Source: a virus (taxonomy: Duplodnaviria; Caudoviricetes). From it: a stretch of 64,000 bases of DNA. The stretch is from the IMG/VR virus record IMGVR_UViG_3300016476_001378. The stretch is one strand, 5' to 3'. A program made the position numbers and the translations under genes. Within the stretch, counting starts at the first letter, position 1. Each line of letters begins with the position of its first letter. The notes beneath the pieces were generated by a model that saw only the letters and a list, made by a program, of their open reading frames with translations, was not told where the DNA came from and did no database searches. Of the stretch, positions 1-10,352 are shown in pieces.

Positions 1-1
1 A

Positions 2-178
2 CCTAGTGCATTTGGGAATCAAATCCCATCTTAACTTGACATGATAGTTAGAGGGCGTACCAACGCAATAGCATAATTCCACTTGTGTGGTAAAATTTTT
101 TACCGCAGGTGGTTTTTGTGCGTAAACACCTGAAACTATAATGTACAAGAAACACCATAGAACAATAGCTTTCTTCAT
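2..178 (-). CDS. Secreted hypothetical protein (5' part; runs off the window edge, not in ORF track)
   Basis: ATG at 178 with GGAGG SD. Translates as MKKAIVLWCFLYIIVSGVYAQKPPAVKNF..., a signal-peptide-like N-terminus (VYA|Q). Open to the edge. Confidence 0.7.
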   Translation of the reverse strand, partial: MKKAIVLWCFLYIIVSGVYAQKPPAVKNFTTQVELCYCVGTPSNYHVKLRWDLIPKCTR

Positions 179-248
179 AACACACCTCCCCAGGTTTATT
201 TTTGTGATGAGAGCTATTGTTTTATTCTGTATTTATAAGGCTTCCTCT

Positions 249-482
249 TTATTTTTCCAGTGGTTTGACTGTGATTAATTCTGCTTCTTCATGCCTCAAT
301 GCAATGAAGAAACCCCTAATTGAAATTTCTAGGGGCCCCTTATTACAACTATGTCTGACTATTTTTACAATTGTATCTTTTGTAAAACCAAGTTCAGAAA
401 GTCTATTTCTAATTTCTCCAGAAACCTGGACTACAGAATAGTCCAAACCTTCTTTCCCGCAGCATAATTGTGTAGTATTCAT
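249..482 (-). CDS. feoA: FeoA-family (SH3-like) protein
   Basis: RLSELGFTKDTIVKIVR...GPLEISIRGFFIALRHEEAELITV matches the FeoA pattern RL..LG...G..V.V....GP....RG..IALR..EA..I.V. Confidence 0.85.
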   Translation of the reverse strand: MNTTQLCCGKEGLDYSVVQVSGEIRNRLSELGFTKDTIVKIVRHSCNKGPLEISIRGFFIALRHEEAELITVKPLEK

Positions 483-511
483 ATTAATATAATTCTGTTT
501 TTAGGTGTGAT

Positions 512-808
512 TTACCACCATAAATTAAACCAAAGTTCTGAAAGAATTTTGATAGCTTTTTTAGCATTTTCTATTCTTGCTATTTGTTCGACAAGGCTTG
601 TCTGTTTGTCATCTTCTAGGTAATAATCTTTCAAAGACTTTAAAATGAAATTTAACTTTTCATCATAAGATTCTGATGTCTCACCATCTGGGTAACCATT
701 TTTTAATTCTATAAACTTCTCTAGCCTTGGTATTAAAAAGACTGCCAACGTATGGTCTAGATTAGCAGTCTTTTTAATATCAAAATTATAATCTAGTTTA
801 TCATTCAT
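512..808 (-). CDS. Conserved phage hypothetical protein
   Basis: LDHTLA..LIPRL..F.....GYP and a C-terminal LWW recall a widespread phage family. Start trimmed to ATG 808 (ATGA overlap with the upstream stop). Confidence 0.6.
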   Translation of the reverse strand: MNDKLDYNFDIKKTANLDHTLAVFLIPRLEKFIELKNGYPDGETSESYDEKLNFILKSLKDYYLEDDKQTSLVEQIARIENAKKAIKILSELWFNLWW

Positions 809-1002
809 GGTATGTCTTGTATCTTTGTGCATTTCTTATAATCAGATTTTTCTTCGTTAAGAATAATAAATTTTTCAAATCCACTGCCACCGCAGCGACC
901 AGCACCTTTGCCCTTACATTCACAAATGCCAATAGGTTTACCATGGCGAATAATCAATTTGTCGCCGTGTTGCTCTTTAAGTTCTTTAATCTTGTCTTCC
1001 AT
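805..1002 (-). CDS. Small Cys-containing hypothetical protein
   Basis: AGGAG SD; overlaps its neighbours in a tightly packed minus-strand run. Confidence 0.55.
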   Translation of the reverse strand: MEDKIKELKEQHGDKLIIRHGKPIGICECKGKGAGRCGGSGFEKFIILNEEKSDYKKCTKIQDIP

Positions 1003-1264
1003 TTATTTTCTCCTTACATAATTTTATGTCAAAATCAATCTCAACCATAATTAAAATATTAGTACATGGCATGCCATAATGATCTAATGAAACAGGATGG
1101 CAAGCTAGAATTGGCTCTTCTTCATCAAAATAAAAGTGAAAATCATAATCAGAGTTGCCAAAAGACAACTCTTCACATGGCATGCTTCTATAAAAGAAAT
1201 CAGCAAACTCTAAATCAAAAGCTAATTGTGCTTGCTCTTTATCAATGTAATCAAATAACATCAA
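986..1264 (-). CDS. Acidic hypothetical protein
   Basis: ORF coupled to both flanking genes. Confidence 0.55.
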   Translation of the reverse strand: MMLFDYIDKEQAQLAFDLEFADFFYRSMPCEELSFGNSDYDFHFYFDEEEPILACHPVSLDHYGMPCTNILIMVEIDFDIKLCKEKINGRQD

Positions 1265-1850
1265 AAAAGCTTTCTAGGTTCACAAATTTATTATTATAAA
1301 AATGATTCTCTCTAAATTCTTGAATGGATTCATAATATTGGAATCTATCATTAAAAAAGATAATTCTTGGCTTTTCGCCCATTTGGGTTAACACTTTATT
1401 AAAAATTAAGCGGCCTGTTCTGCCATTGCCATCAATGAATGGATGTATAACTTCAAACATATTATGGGAAATTAAAGCTATTTCAAGGGGCGAAAGCTTG
1501 CTTTCATTCATTAACTTCTCTGTGTAATAAAACCAAGAATCAGCCATGAGCTCTGACAACAAATAAGATGCAGGGCATGCTTCACCACCAATGTAGACAT
1601 CACAATTTCTATAGCAACCACTGTTGTGGCCGTTCTCAAAAAATGGTATGCCCCGAGTTAATACTCTGTGTATGTCTAATGCTGTGTAAGGCCCGATGTT
1701 CCAATCTTTAGAAAGAACAAATTCCAAAGCGTCCATTTGATTCTGATACATTAAATCGTTAGGATCTGTGCCATCAAATCCAGGCTGTGGATCAATCTTA
1801 TTAGACTCAACTACAAAAAGATGCTCAAAGGTGTTATTTAAAAAATTCAT
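1251..1850 (-). CDS. Fic/Doc family protein
   Basis: Canonical Fic motif HPFIDGNGRTGR; also IHRVLT and SGCYRNCDVYIG. Confidence 0.92.
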   Translation of the reverse strand: MNFLNNTFEHLFVVESNKIDPQPGFDGTDPNDLMYQNQMDALEFVLSKDWNIGPYTALDIHRVLTRGIPFFENGHNSGCYRNCDVYIGGEACPASYLLSELMADSWFYYTEKLMNESKLSPLEIALISHNMFEVIHPFIDGNGRTGRLIFNKVLTQMGEKPRIIFFNDRFQYYESIQEFRENHFYNNKFVNLESFFDVI

Positions 1851-1867
1851 TATTGTCTCCAGAGCTT

Positions 1868-1891
1868 AAAAAGCCCTCTACTATAGAGGGC
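1868..1891 (-). terminator. Intrinsic terminator
   Basis: GCCCTCTA/TAGAGGGC stem, T-run on the minus strand. Confidence 0.65.
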
Positions 1892-1902
1892 CCTTTTTGT
1901 TT

Positions 1903-2307
1903 TTATGATAGATTATCTTTCGCCCGCTGCATCATTGAACTAATAGATTTTAATCGCTCTTCTTGGCGGGCAGATTTGGGCTCTATAATACTTTCTATAG
2001 AATTCATAGACCTTATAATAGAGTCGCTTGTAGATGAAACTAAATCAGCCTCAAAGCTAAATGAAAGAGAAAAGTCATTATCAGGTTCAATTCTAAAATT
2101 AGCCCTCAAGCAATTATTTGAATAAGAAGTTTGACGAATAGAGGCCATCTTTAAAACAAACTCTGCTGTTTCACAAATTTGTGAAATTGAAGGGGCCGAT
2201 AGATCATTGGCTTCATAAAGCTTTTGTATTTTTACAAAAGTACCATTATCCCAACAATCTCTAATAATCTTTTGAATCGCGTTCTCAATAAGGTTTTTAT
2301 CTATCAT
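1903..2307 (-). CDS. Hypothetical protein
   Basis: 134-aa ORF; GATAAT 6 nt before ATG, no SD. Confidence 0.6.
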   Translation of the reverse strand: MIDKNLIENAIQKIIRDCWDNGTFVKIQKLYEANDLSAPSISQICETAEFVLKMASIRQTSYSNNCLRANFRIEPDNDFSLSFSFEADLVSSTSDSIIRSMNSIESIIEPKSARQEERLKSISSMMQRAKDNLS

Positions 2308-2325
2308 GTAAAGATTATCGGTTAT

Positions 2326-2715
2326 TTAAGCTGGTGGGAACACATCATACCTAACCCAAGGATCATAAAAATGCTTTTTCAATTTACAAAATTCTTCATA
2401 GGTATCTAGGTTTTCTCCAGTATAAATTACACCAAGGTCATGTGCATCAGTAAAAACATTTGTCGAATTAAACTTTGTATGGCTCAATTTCGCTTCAATA
2501 ATAGATTTGCCATAATAATCATTCTCTAATTTAGCTGAAACCTTCAAGGTAGCATTGGTATGTAATGCAGTAATAATAAAGCTGAATGTAAGACCGTAAC
2601 GATTTTGTTTTTCAGAATAATCAAGAAACAGAGTTTTATAAGGGGCTTGTGGTTTAAGCAGAATGTTTTTATCTTGTATGACATCTTGAATCAATTGAAT
2701 TAAGTTAGTTTCCAT
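2326..2715 (-). CDS. Hypothetical protein
   Basis: 129-aa ORF, divergent from the GT cluster. Confidence 0.6.
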   Translation of the reverse strand: METNLIQLIQDVIQDKNILLKPQAPYKTLFLDYSEKQNRYGLTFSFIITALHTNATLKVSAKLENDYYGKSIIEAKLSHTKFNSTNVFTDAHDLGVIYTGENLDTYEEFCKLKKHFYDPWVRYDVFPPA

Positions 2716-2738
2716 AATGATGATATTATAAAATTAAA

Positions 2739-3692
2739 ATGAATGATGTTCAAAAAGTTTATCAATTAAAAGAAAGATTTTCTTCTTTAAACCACGCTCT
2801 TTATGGGCCCCCTTTAAAGATTTTAATAACATTCCGCTACGGGTTTGGATTTTTAAGGAATGGGGCAATGAGATGTATCTATAACATCTTTGAAGTCCTT
2901 AAAAGTAGAGGGCATAAAATCACATTAATCTTTGATAATCAATTCAAACATTTTAATGAAGACCCAAGCTCAAATCAAGATTATGATTTGTTTATTGTCA
3001 ATCACGCAGATCATTTTAAATCATTAAATTTAGATACCAAAGGCAAGCCAATTATTCACCTTGTACATTCAGAATTCTTTGAAATAGACAAACCCTTAGT
3101 TGGTTATGAAAACATAAAGTATGTTGCTGTACGCACTGAAATTAAAGATTATTTAATCAATCATTATTCCATAGATGAAAGTTCAATTAGTATTATTCTA
3201 AACCCCATTGATGTAACTAAATTTAACCCACTGATAACAGAAGAAGATAAAGAAATAGTAAAACAAATGGGCCTCAATAATTTTGGTTTATTTGCTGGCA
3301 CATTTATGTATCTAAGAGAAAAACCATCTATTAACTTCGCAATGCTGTGTAAAGCTAAAGGTATAAAATCGGTTTATGTGGGTGAACTTGTCAATGATAA
3401 AAATCGCCAGCTTTTAGAACAACATTTTGATTTAGTTTTGCCATTTAATGATAAAGTTGATTCATTATTCAAAATGGCCCAAATCACAGGCGGGATTCAA
3501 AAAGGCAGAACTTACTGGGAAGGCAAGTTGTGCAAAAAGACAGTTTTTGAATTCATGGTTGATTCAGATGGAGAAATCTATGATCTATTAATTGAAACAG
3601 GTTCAGATGAAGATGCTGAAATAGTAAAAAAGATTGTAGAGCCTACTTTTGTTACAGAATTGATACTTGATTTAGCATTGAACTCTTTATAA
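2739..3692 (+). CDS. Glycosyltransferase-like protein (GT-B/GT4-like)
   Basis: G-A-x(4)-N...LKSRGHKITL, IIHLVHS, YVAV...IK.YL...Y.I...I.IILNPIDVTKF are typical of GT4 N-terminal domains. Confidence 0.6.
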   Translation: MNDVQKVYQLKERFSSLNHALYGPPLKILITFRYGFGFLRNGAMRCIYNIFEVLKSRGHKITLIFDNQFKHFNEDPSSNQDYDLFIVNHADHFKSLNLDTKGKPIIHLVHSEFFEIDKPLVGYENIKYVAVRTEIKDYLINHYSIDESSISIILNPIDVTKFNPLITEEDKEIVKQMGLNNFGLFAGTFMYLREKPSINFAMLCKAKGIKSVYVGELVNDKNRQLLEQHFDLVLPFNDKVDSLFKMAQITGGIQKGRTYWEGKLCKKTVFEFMVDSDGEIYDLLIETGSDEDAEIVKKIVEPTFVTELILDLALNSL

Positions 3693-3718
3693 TTTTAATT
3701 GTTTTGTAGAGGTTACAA

Positions 3719-5566
3719 ATGTACAAAGAACATCAGATTGTAAGCGTGACTCCTGCCGGGAGAAAATATTGCTTAGAGATACTTGCTAATCATCTCTTAA
3801 ATTTGCAAGATATTATAGACGAACATCATTTTTGGGTTAATACAAAATCTGATTCTGACATTCAATACATGAAATCACTTAGTGAATCTTATCCTAATTT
3901 CTTTAAATTAATTTACCATGAAACAGATGATTCTTCTGCTTATAACAACTTAGACATTTATAAATTCTTTAAAAACTATACCGATGAAAACACTGTCTAC
4001 ATAAGATTTGATGATGATATTGTATGGGTTGACAACGAAGATAAATTAAAAGATTTTATTCAATTTAGAATAGATAATCCACAATATTTTTTAATCTTTG
4101 CAAACATCATCAACAATGGCATTTGTAATTACATCCATCAAAGAACAGGGGCCCTAAAAAGATTTAATGAATGCTTTAACCCAAATGATTATTTCTTAAA
4201 AGATGTTGCAAGCCAAGGTAATGATTGGTTCCATAATGAAGCGCTTGGAAGATCCGCTTGGAATAAAAATTATTTTGCGCCAGAATCCATAAATGAGAAT
4301 GGTTTATTTGCTTATAACGCATTGAATTATTCATGGTTTGACGCTGAAGTTAGTAAAGAAGTTCATGATAATTTTATCAATAAAGTAAAAAAGAATGATC
4401 TAGATAAATTTAGATTTGGGATTTGGGAATTATCTGATTTTGAAAGAGTTAGCATTAATTGTATTAGTTGGTTAGGAAGTGAATTTAAAAAATTTGATGG
4501 CATTGTAGGAATAGATGAAGAGAAATGGCTCAGCGTCACAAAACCAACGGAAATTAAAAAAATTAATTGTATCTATGGTAATTTTATTGTTTCACATTAT
4601 GGTTTCGGACACCAGCATGAGCCATTAACTAAAGATGGCTACATTAACAAATACAGTAATTTTAAATATCAAACTATAGAAGAAATGCCTGAATTCCCAA
4701 GGTGTAAAATATCTTCACTTGTAGAAATTCAAGCAATTGATCAAAAAGCTTATCACACAACAACTAAAAAAGATTTAAAAGATTTTACATTTGTCATACC
4801 TATACAAATAGATTCAGAAGAGCGTTCAAATAACTTCTATACATGTATAGGGGCCCTTAATAAAATCTGTGATACAAACATTTTAATTGTTGAACATGAT
4901 AAAGAATCAAAGATTAAAAATCTACCAGCAAATTGTAACCACATTTTTGTCAAACAAGAAAATGATTATTTTGCAAGAAATAAAATTTTAAACTTAGGCT
5001 ACAAAAACTGCAAGACCAAATTTGCTGCTAATTTTGAAGCTGATTGCGTACTATCGCCAAATGGATTATTTGAGGCCGTAGAAGCTTTAAGAGCAGGGCA
5101 TAAATTTGCTATTCCCTATGCTTACTTTGCGCTATTTATGAGTCAGAAAGTTAGTGACCATTTTATCTCAACTTTTGAATTGCCTTTATTCTGGAAAGAT
5201 TATTATGGTATAGAATTTTTATCAGAGTATGGAGAAAACACAAAGGCTCATTGGAAAACTTTTACATTTCACAATGGATTATGTTTCTTGTTTGAATTAG
5301 AGGCTTATAAGAAGTGTGGTTATGAAAATGAATTTATGGTTCAGCATGGCTGGGACGACTATGAGCATTACCTAAGAGTTAAAAAGCTAGGTTATGAGAT
5401 TTACAATTCATCAGGGATGTGTTATCATCTATACCACAGTAGGAAAGCAACAACTAATAATTGGTATGGTAAAAACAATTTATCTCGAAAAGAATTTTTT
5501 AGAATAGCCAACTTATCTGATAAGAAGTTAAAAGAAGAAGTTAAATCTTGGGAGTGGATTAACTAA
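3719..5566 (+). CDS. Two-domain glycosyltransferase (GT-A-like N-terminal domain plus GT2/GT7-like C-terminal domain)
   Basis: N-term VTPAGRK...YIRFDDDIV. C-term TFVIPI...R..N...F.RNKILNLG...EADC...GYENEFM..GWDD.E...R...LG...HLYH. Confidence 0.7.
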   Translation: MYKEHQIVSVTPAGRKYCLEILANHLLNLQDIIDEHHFWVNTKSDSDIQYMKSLSESYPNFFKLIYHETDDSSAYNNLDIYKFFKNYTDENTVYIRFDDDIVWVDNEDKLKDFIQFRIDNPQYFLIFANIINNGICNYIHQRTGALKRFNECFNPNDYFLKDVASQGNDWFHNEALGRSAWNKNYFAPESINENGLFAYNALNYSWFDAEVSKEVHDNFINKVKKNDLDKFRFGIWELSDFERVSINCISWLGSEFKKFDGIVGIDEEKWLSVTKPTEIKKINCIYGNFIVSHYGFGHQHEPLTKDGYINKYSNFKYQTIEEMPEFPRCKISSLVEIQAIDQKAYHTTTKKDLKDFTFVIPIQIDSEERSNNFYTCIGALNKICDTNILIVEHDKESKIKNLPANCNHIFVKQENDYFARNKILNLGYKNCKTKFAANFEADCVLSPNGLFEAVEALRAGHKFAIPYAYFALFMSQKVSDHFISTFELPLFWKDYYGIEFLSEYGENTKAHWKTFTFHNGLCFLFELEAYKKCGYENEFMVQHGWDDYEHYLRVKKLGYEIYNSSGMCYHLYHSRKATTNNWYGKNNLSRKEFFRIANLSDKKLKEEVKSWEWIN

Positions 5567-6377
5567 CTCCCAAATAAGATTCTCCATCTGTGCGATCTAA
5601 GTGTATTAAGAGAGCAACATCCTGGCCCCTATAAATATTATGATTCATAGAATAAAGAGCTTTAATGTTTTTGTTTACATCTTCCCAAATTTCTAGGGGG
5701 CAATCTTCTAAACTAAAATTATAATTTATTTCTATAATTTGGTAATCGTGTTCTAATACACAAAAGTAATTATAAGACAATGTATCAAACAAATTATAAT
5801 CATAATAGAAAATTATTTCTAAAATCCTTTGATTAAAATTGGTAAAATTAAAAAAATCAATAGTGGTTTTCTTCTCATAGATTGGAATTTCGCTCAGCCA
5901 AAAATAAACATTCTTGTAGCGATTTAACTTATAAAAAGACCCATGTTGATTCACAAGCTTCATTGATGCCTCTATAATGTTATGAGAAATTTGCAATGAA
6001 GATCTCCCACCTACAAAAGTCTTTTGATCACAAAAAGACTTACAAGCTTTATAGAATAAATCAACATTAATTATTTTAAAGTCTGCGTCTAGTGGGATAA
6101 TAAAATCATAATCATTAATAAGTTTAGATACAAAATAAATCTTTTTAATTACTGGCATTAAATTCTTTTTAAGAATCAAATCTATTATTTCAGCTTTGAA
6201 ATAATCAGATAAAACAAAATAATTAAAATCTAAAACATAAGTTTTTTGGTATAGATCTTTTTCATAGTGATTTGTGAAAATCACATAAAAGTCTATTTTA
6301 TCTTTTAAAGAATTAATAACATCCACCGCGTAATTAAACTTTGGTGGATGTATTGGTAATAAAACTGCAATTTTCAT
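5559..6377 (-). CDS. Glycosyltransferase-like protein (GT-A, DxD)
   Basis: MKIAVLLPIH...YDFIIPLDADF. Confidence 0.5.
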   Translation of the reverse strand: MKIAVLLPIHPPKFNYAVDVINSLKDKIDFYVIFTNHYEKDLYQKTYVLDFNYFVLSDYFKAEIIDLILKKNLMPVIKKIYFVSKLINDYDFIIPLDADFKIINVDLFYKACKSFCDQKTFVGGRSSLQISHNIIEASMKLVNQHGSFYKLNRYKNVYFWLSEIPIYEKKTTIDFFNFTNFNQRILEIIFYYDYNLFDTLSYNYFCVLEHDYQIIEINYNFSLEDCPLEIWEDVNKNIKALYSMNHNIYRGQDVALLIHLDRTDGESYLGVS

Positions 6378-6413
6378 AAGAATAAAGCCTCACAATTAGC
6401 GAGACTTATAATT

Positions 6414-6689
6414 TTAAGCGCCCGGTGACATTAACATTTGAAGGACAAGAAAAACAACAGCAATTACTGATAAAATAACACCTGTGTTATTACCCTTTTT
6501 GACAAGCTTTTCTGCATCTTCAGCAGAATACTTCGCATCTTTAGTGTTTGGAAGAAATGCCATCCAAATAAGACCTAAGACAGAAGAAGCAAAGAACCAA
6601 TTCCAGAATGTATAACCCTTGGATTCTGCCCACTTGCCAATCGCAACACCAATACCTACCAAAAAGATAAGAACAATTACTAAATTCAT
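6414..6689 (-). CDS. Small membrane protein
   Basis: Three hydrophobic segments; A.SKGY.FW.WF motif; AGGAG SD. Confidence 0.75.
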   Translation of the reverse strand: MNLVIVLIFLVGIGVAIGKWAESKGYTFWNWFFASSVLGLIWMAFLPNTKDAKYSAEDAEKLVKKGNNTGVILSVIAVVFLVLQMLMSPGA

Positions 6690-6761
6690 TTCATTTTCTC
6701 CTTCGCAGTGTGTAACTGCGTTTATTAATTTATTATCGTATGCTTTAAAATAAATAAAACT

Positions 6762-6784
6762 AAAGGGGGCAATTGCCCCCTTTT
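6762..6784. terminator. Intrinsic terminator after amtB
   Basis: AAAGGGGGC-AATT-GCCCCCTTT. Confidence 0.75.
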
Positions 6785-6785
6785 A

Positions 6786-8379
<1,594 letters not shown>

Positions 8380-8533
8380 CTATAATGAGATAATTCTCAG
8401 TTATTTTATGGCTTCAAATGTTAAGAAAAAGCATGATTTCTTTTAGTGTTTTTGCTGGCTTTATTAAATAAAACTACCAACTCCATAGGAAATTCCCTGC
8501 AATTCCATGTATAATTAAAAAGAGGTACAAATT

Positions 8534-9055
8534 ATGATAGAATTGACGTGTGAAGTTTGTGGTAATGTATTTCAGAGACAAAAGGGAGAATATAACAGAA
8601 GCCTTAAAAAGGGCAGAAAATCATATTGCTCTAGAAAATGTTGCGGCAAGGCAGTAATAAATAATATCGGAGACTTTAAAAGCGATTACGATATTTCCCA
8701 GCATGCCGGAAACCGTAATGATAAATATACTTTCTTAAGAGCTGTTTATAGGACTACGAAAAATAGAACTGACAAAAATTTTGACTTAACGCTAAATGAT
8801 TTGTTGCAAATCTGGGAAAATCAAGAAGGTAAATGTATTTATACTGGATGGGATTTAGAAACTATTTCTTGGAAAAAACGTGTGAGAAACCCAAAGCAAA
8901 TCTCCATTGATAGAATAGACTGCAATTTAGGCTACACTAAAGACAATGTTCAATTGGTTTGCTTAATAGCAAATTTAGCAAAAAATAATTTTACAAATGA
9001 ACAATTATTTGATTTTTGTAAATCAGTAATAGAGAATAAAGCCAGAGAAAGTTAA
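8534..9055 (+). CDS. Free-standing HNH/His-Me endonuclease with N-terminal zinc finger
   Basis: CEVCG...YCSRKC N-terminus; QEGKCIYTG...SIDRID...GYTKDNVQLVC..AN.AK. Confidence 0.8.
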   Translation: MIELTCEVCGNVFQRQKGEYNRSLKKGRKSYCSRKCCGKAVINNIGDFKSDYDISQHAGNRNDKYTFLRAVYRTTKNRTDKNFDLTLNDLLQIWENQEGKCIYTGWDLETISWKKRVRNPKQISIDRIDCNLGYTKDNVQLVCLIANLAKNNFTNEQLFDFCKSVIENKARES

Positions 9056-9068
9056 TTTTCTCTGGCTT
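9039..9068. terminator. Bidirectional terminator between endonuclease and tmRNA
   Basis: AAGCCAGAGAAA-N6-TTTCTCTGGCTT perfect 12-bp stem. Confidence 0.8.
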
Positions 9069-9071
9069 ATA

Positions 9072-9447
9072 CGGACCCGGGCGGACTCGAACCGCCGTCT
9101 TACGTGCATCTTAAAAAAGCATCTACAAGCTTAGTATAAATTTTAATTTAATTAAAGAGGCCCCTTTATACTAGGTTCTCATTAACTAGCCCTGCTATAC
9201 TAATTGTTAATCTTAGAGCAGCAAATTAACAATTGTCAGCTATAAATAACGCAGAATTTCAGTCTAGCTGAAAACTTCATTCCACGGCTGAGTTAAATAC
9301 TCAGGCTGCGATCGCATACGCAGAAGCGTTGCGAGCTGTTGCAAAGTTATTGTTTGCATTTATTGTTTTCTTCGGGTTTAACGAGGCCACCGAACACCTC
9401 GACTTGCAGCTTAATCTCCCTGCCCGCAATCTACTCCAATCGAGCCC
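9072..9447 (-). ncRNA. ssrA: tmRNA (one-piece)
   Basis: 5' GGGCTCG pairs with 3' CGGGTCC, including G3-U70. T-arm GGCGG-TTCGAGT-CCGCC. Tag ORF 9357..9301 after AATAAAT reads ANNNFATARNASAYAIAA*. About 376 nt. Confidence 0.95.
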
Positions 9448-9487
9448 TTATAATTGTTATTTTACAATGTTATCGTATGATTTTCTA

Positions 9488-9751
9488 TCAAACAGAAATT
9501 TTCTTTTTGGTCCATCCCAATGCTTCTTCTTCTGATACTGGTCTGCCATATTCTTTAAATAAAGACTTTAGTTCTTTATTGAGCTTAGAACTCTTGGTGC
9601 GAATTTGTGTCTTGGTTAATTCGCCATCGCAGGTTAAATTTTCAGGAGAAAGTTGTGAATAACATCGGAGAATGTCTTCTCTGATAAAATATTCATTCCT
9701 TTTAGTCATTGCTTCCAAGCGCCTCCATAGCAGATAATTCACAATCTTCAA
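9488..9751 (-). CDS. Hypothetical protein
   Basis: LSPENLTCDGEL motif recalled from phage hypothetical proteins; true start probably MTKRN near 9709. Confidence 0.6.
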   Translation of the reverse strand: MKIVNYLLWRRLEAMTKRNEYFIREDILRCYSQLSPENLTCDGELTKTQIRTKSSKLNKELKSLFKEYGRPVSEEEALGWTKKKISV

Positions 9752-10301
9752 CTAAACCTACACTATCAAATTGATGGTGAAATGGCATGGGTTCTCTATC
9801 AAAATTTAGGGCCCCATTAATTACAGTAAGTTTAGCATACTTGTATTCGTAGGACATTGATTCTAGCATACATTCAAGGTTGTTATACTTCTGGTTTAAC
9901 TCATAGAACCAGATGAATGGATAACTGTATCGAGTTGCAAAACTTATTTCCAGCTTGCCTTCTGCTCTATTGATAAACAAATCTTGGTCATCAATGTCAA
10001 AGGTTGTTTGCCAATTGTCAGTTACCCAATCATGGGTATCATTGCTGTTGTAAAAGGGATAAATGTTAGCCTTTACATGTTTATAAGTAAAGCCTGATTC
10101 TGTACGTTTGAAAATAAGAGCATTATCATAATCTGAATGAATAAATTCAGTTTCATAATCGGAGAACTCGGGCGATAAATCTTCAGGCATAGGCATGATA
10201 GTATTGAAAGACATGCGCCCATTATTGATTTGTTCTGACATAAACAAATTAATATCCATGTCAGAACCTGTAAGAGTAAGCTTGTTGATAAATACGTCCA
10301 T
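9702..10301 (-). CDS. DUF1281/YubB-like ferredoxin-fold protein
   Basis: FNTIMPMPEDL...DWVTDNW.T..D...F.T.YS.P..W...L..KY..L. Confidence 0.6.
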   Translation of the reverse strand: MDVFINKLTLTGSDMDINLFMSEQINNGRMSFNTIMPMPEDLSPEFSDYETEFIHSDYDNALIFKRTESGFTYKHVKANIYPFYNSNDTHDWVTDNWQTTFDIDDQDLFINRAEGKLEISFATRYSYPFIWFYELNQKYNNLECMLESMSYEYKYAKLTVINGALNFDREPMPFHHQFDSVGLVEDCELSAMEALGSND

Positions 10302-10352
10302 TATTGTTTCTCCAGTTATTTTGATACTACTATAGGAGATGGATGTAAATTT

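Noticed and set aside
8488-8514. Late-type motif before the endonuclease gene
   Set aside because: AGG is present but the spacing to AA is 23 nt; a TATAAT -10 box explains it better
9329-9662. Plus-strand ORFs over the tmRNA
   Set aside because: They overlap the tmRNA and a minus-strand gene; spurious
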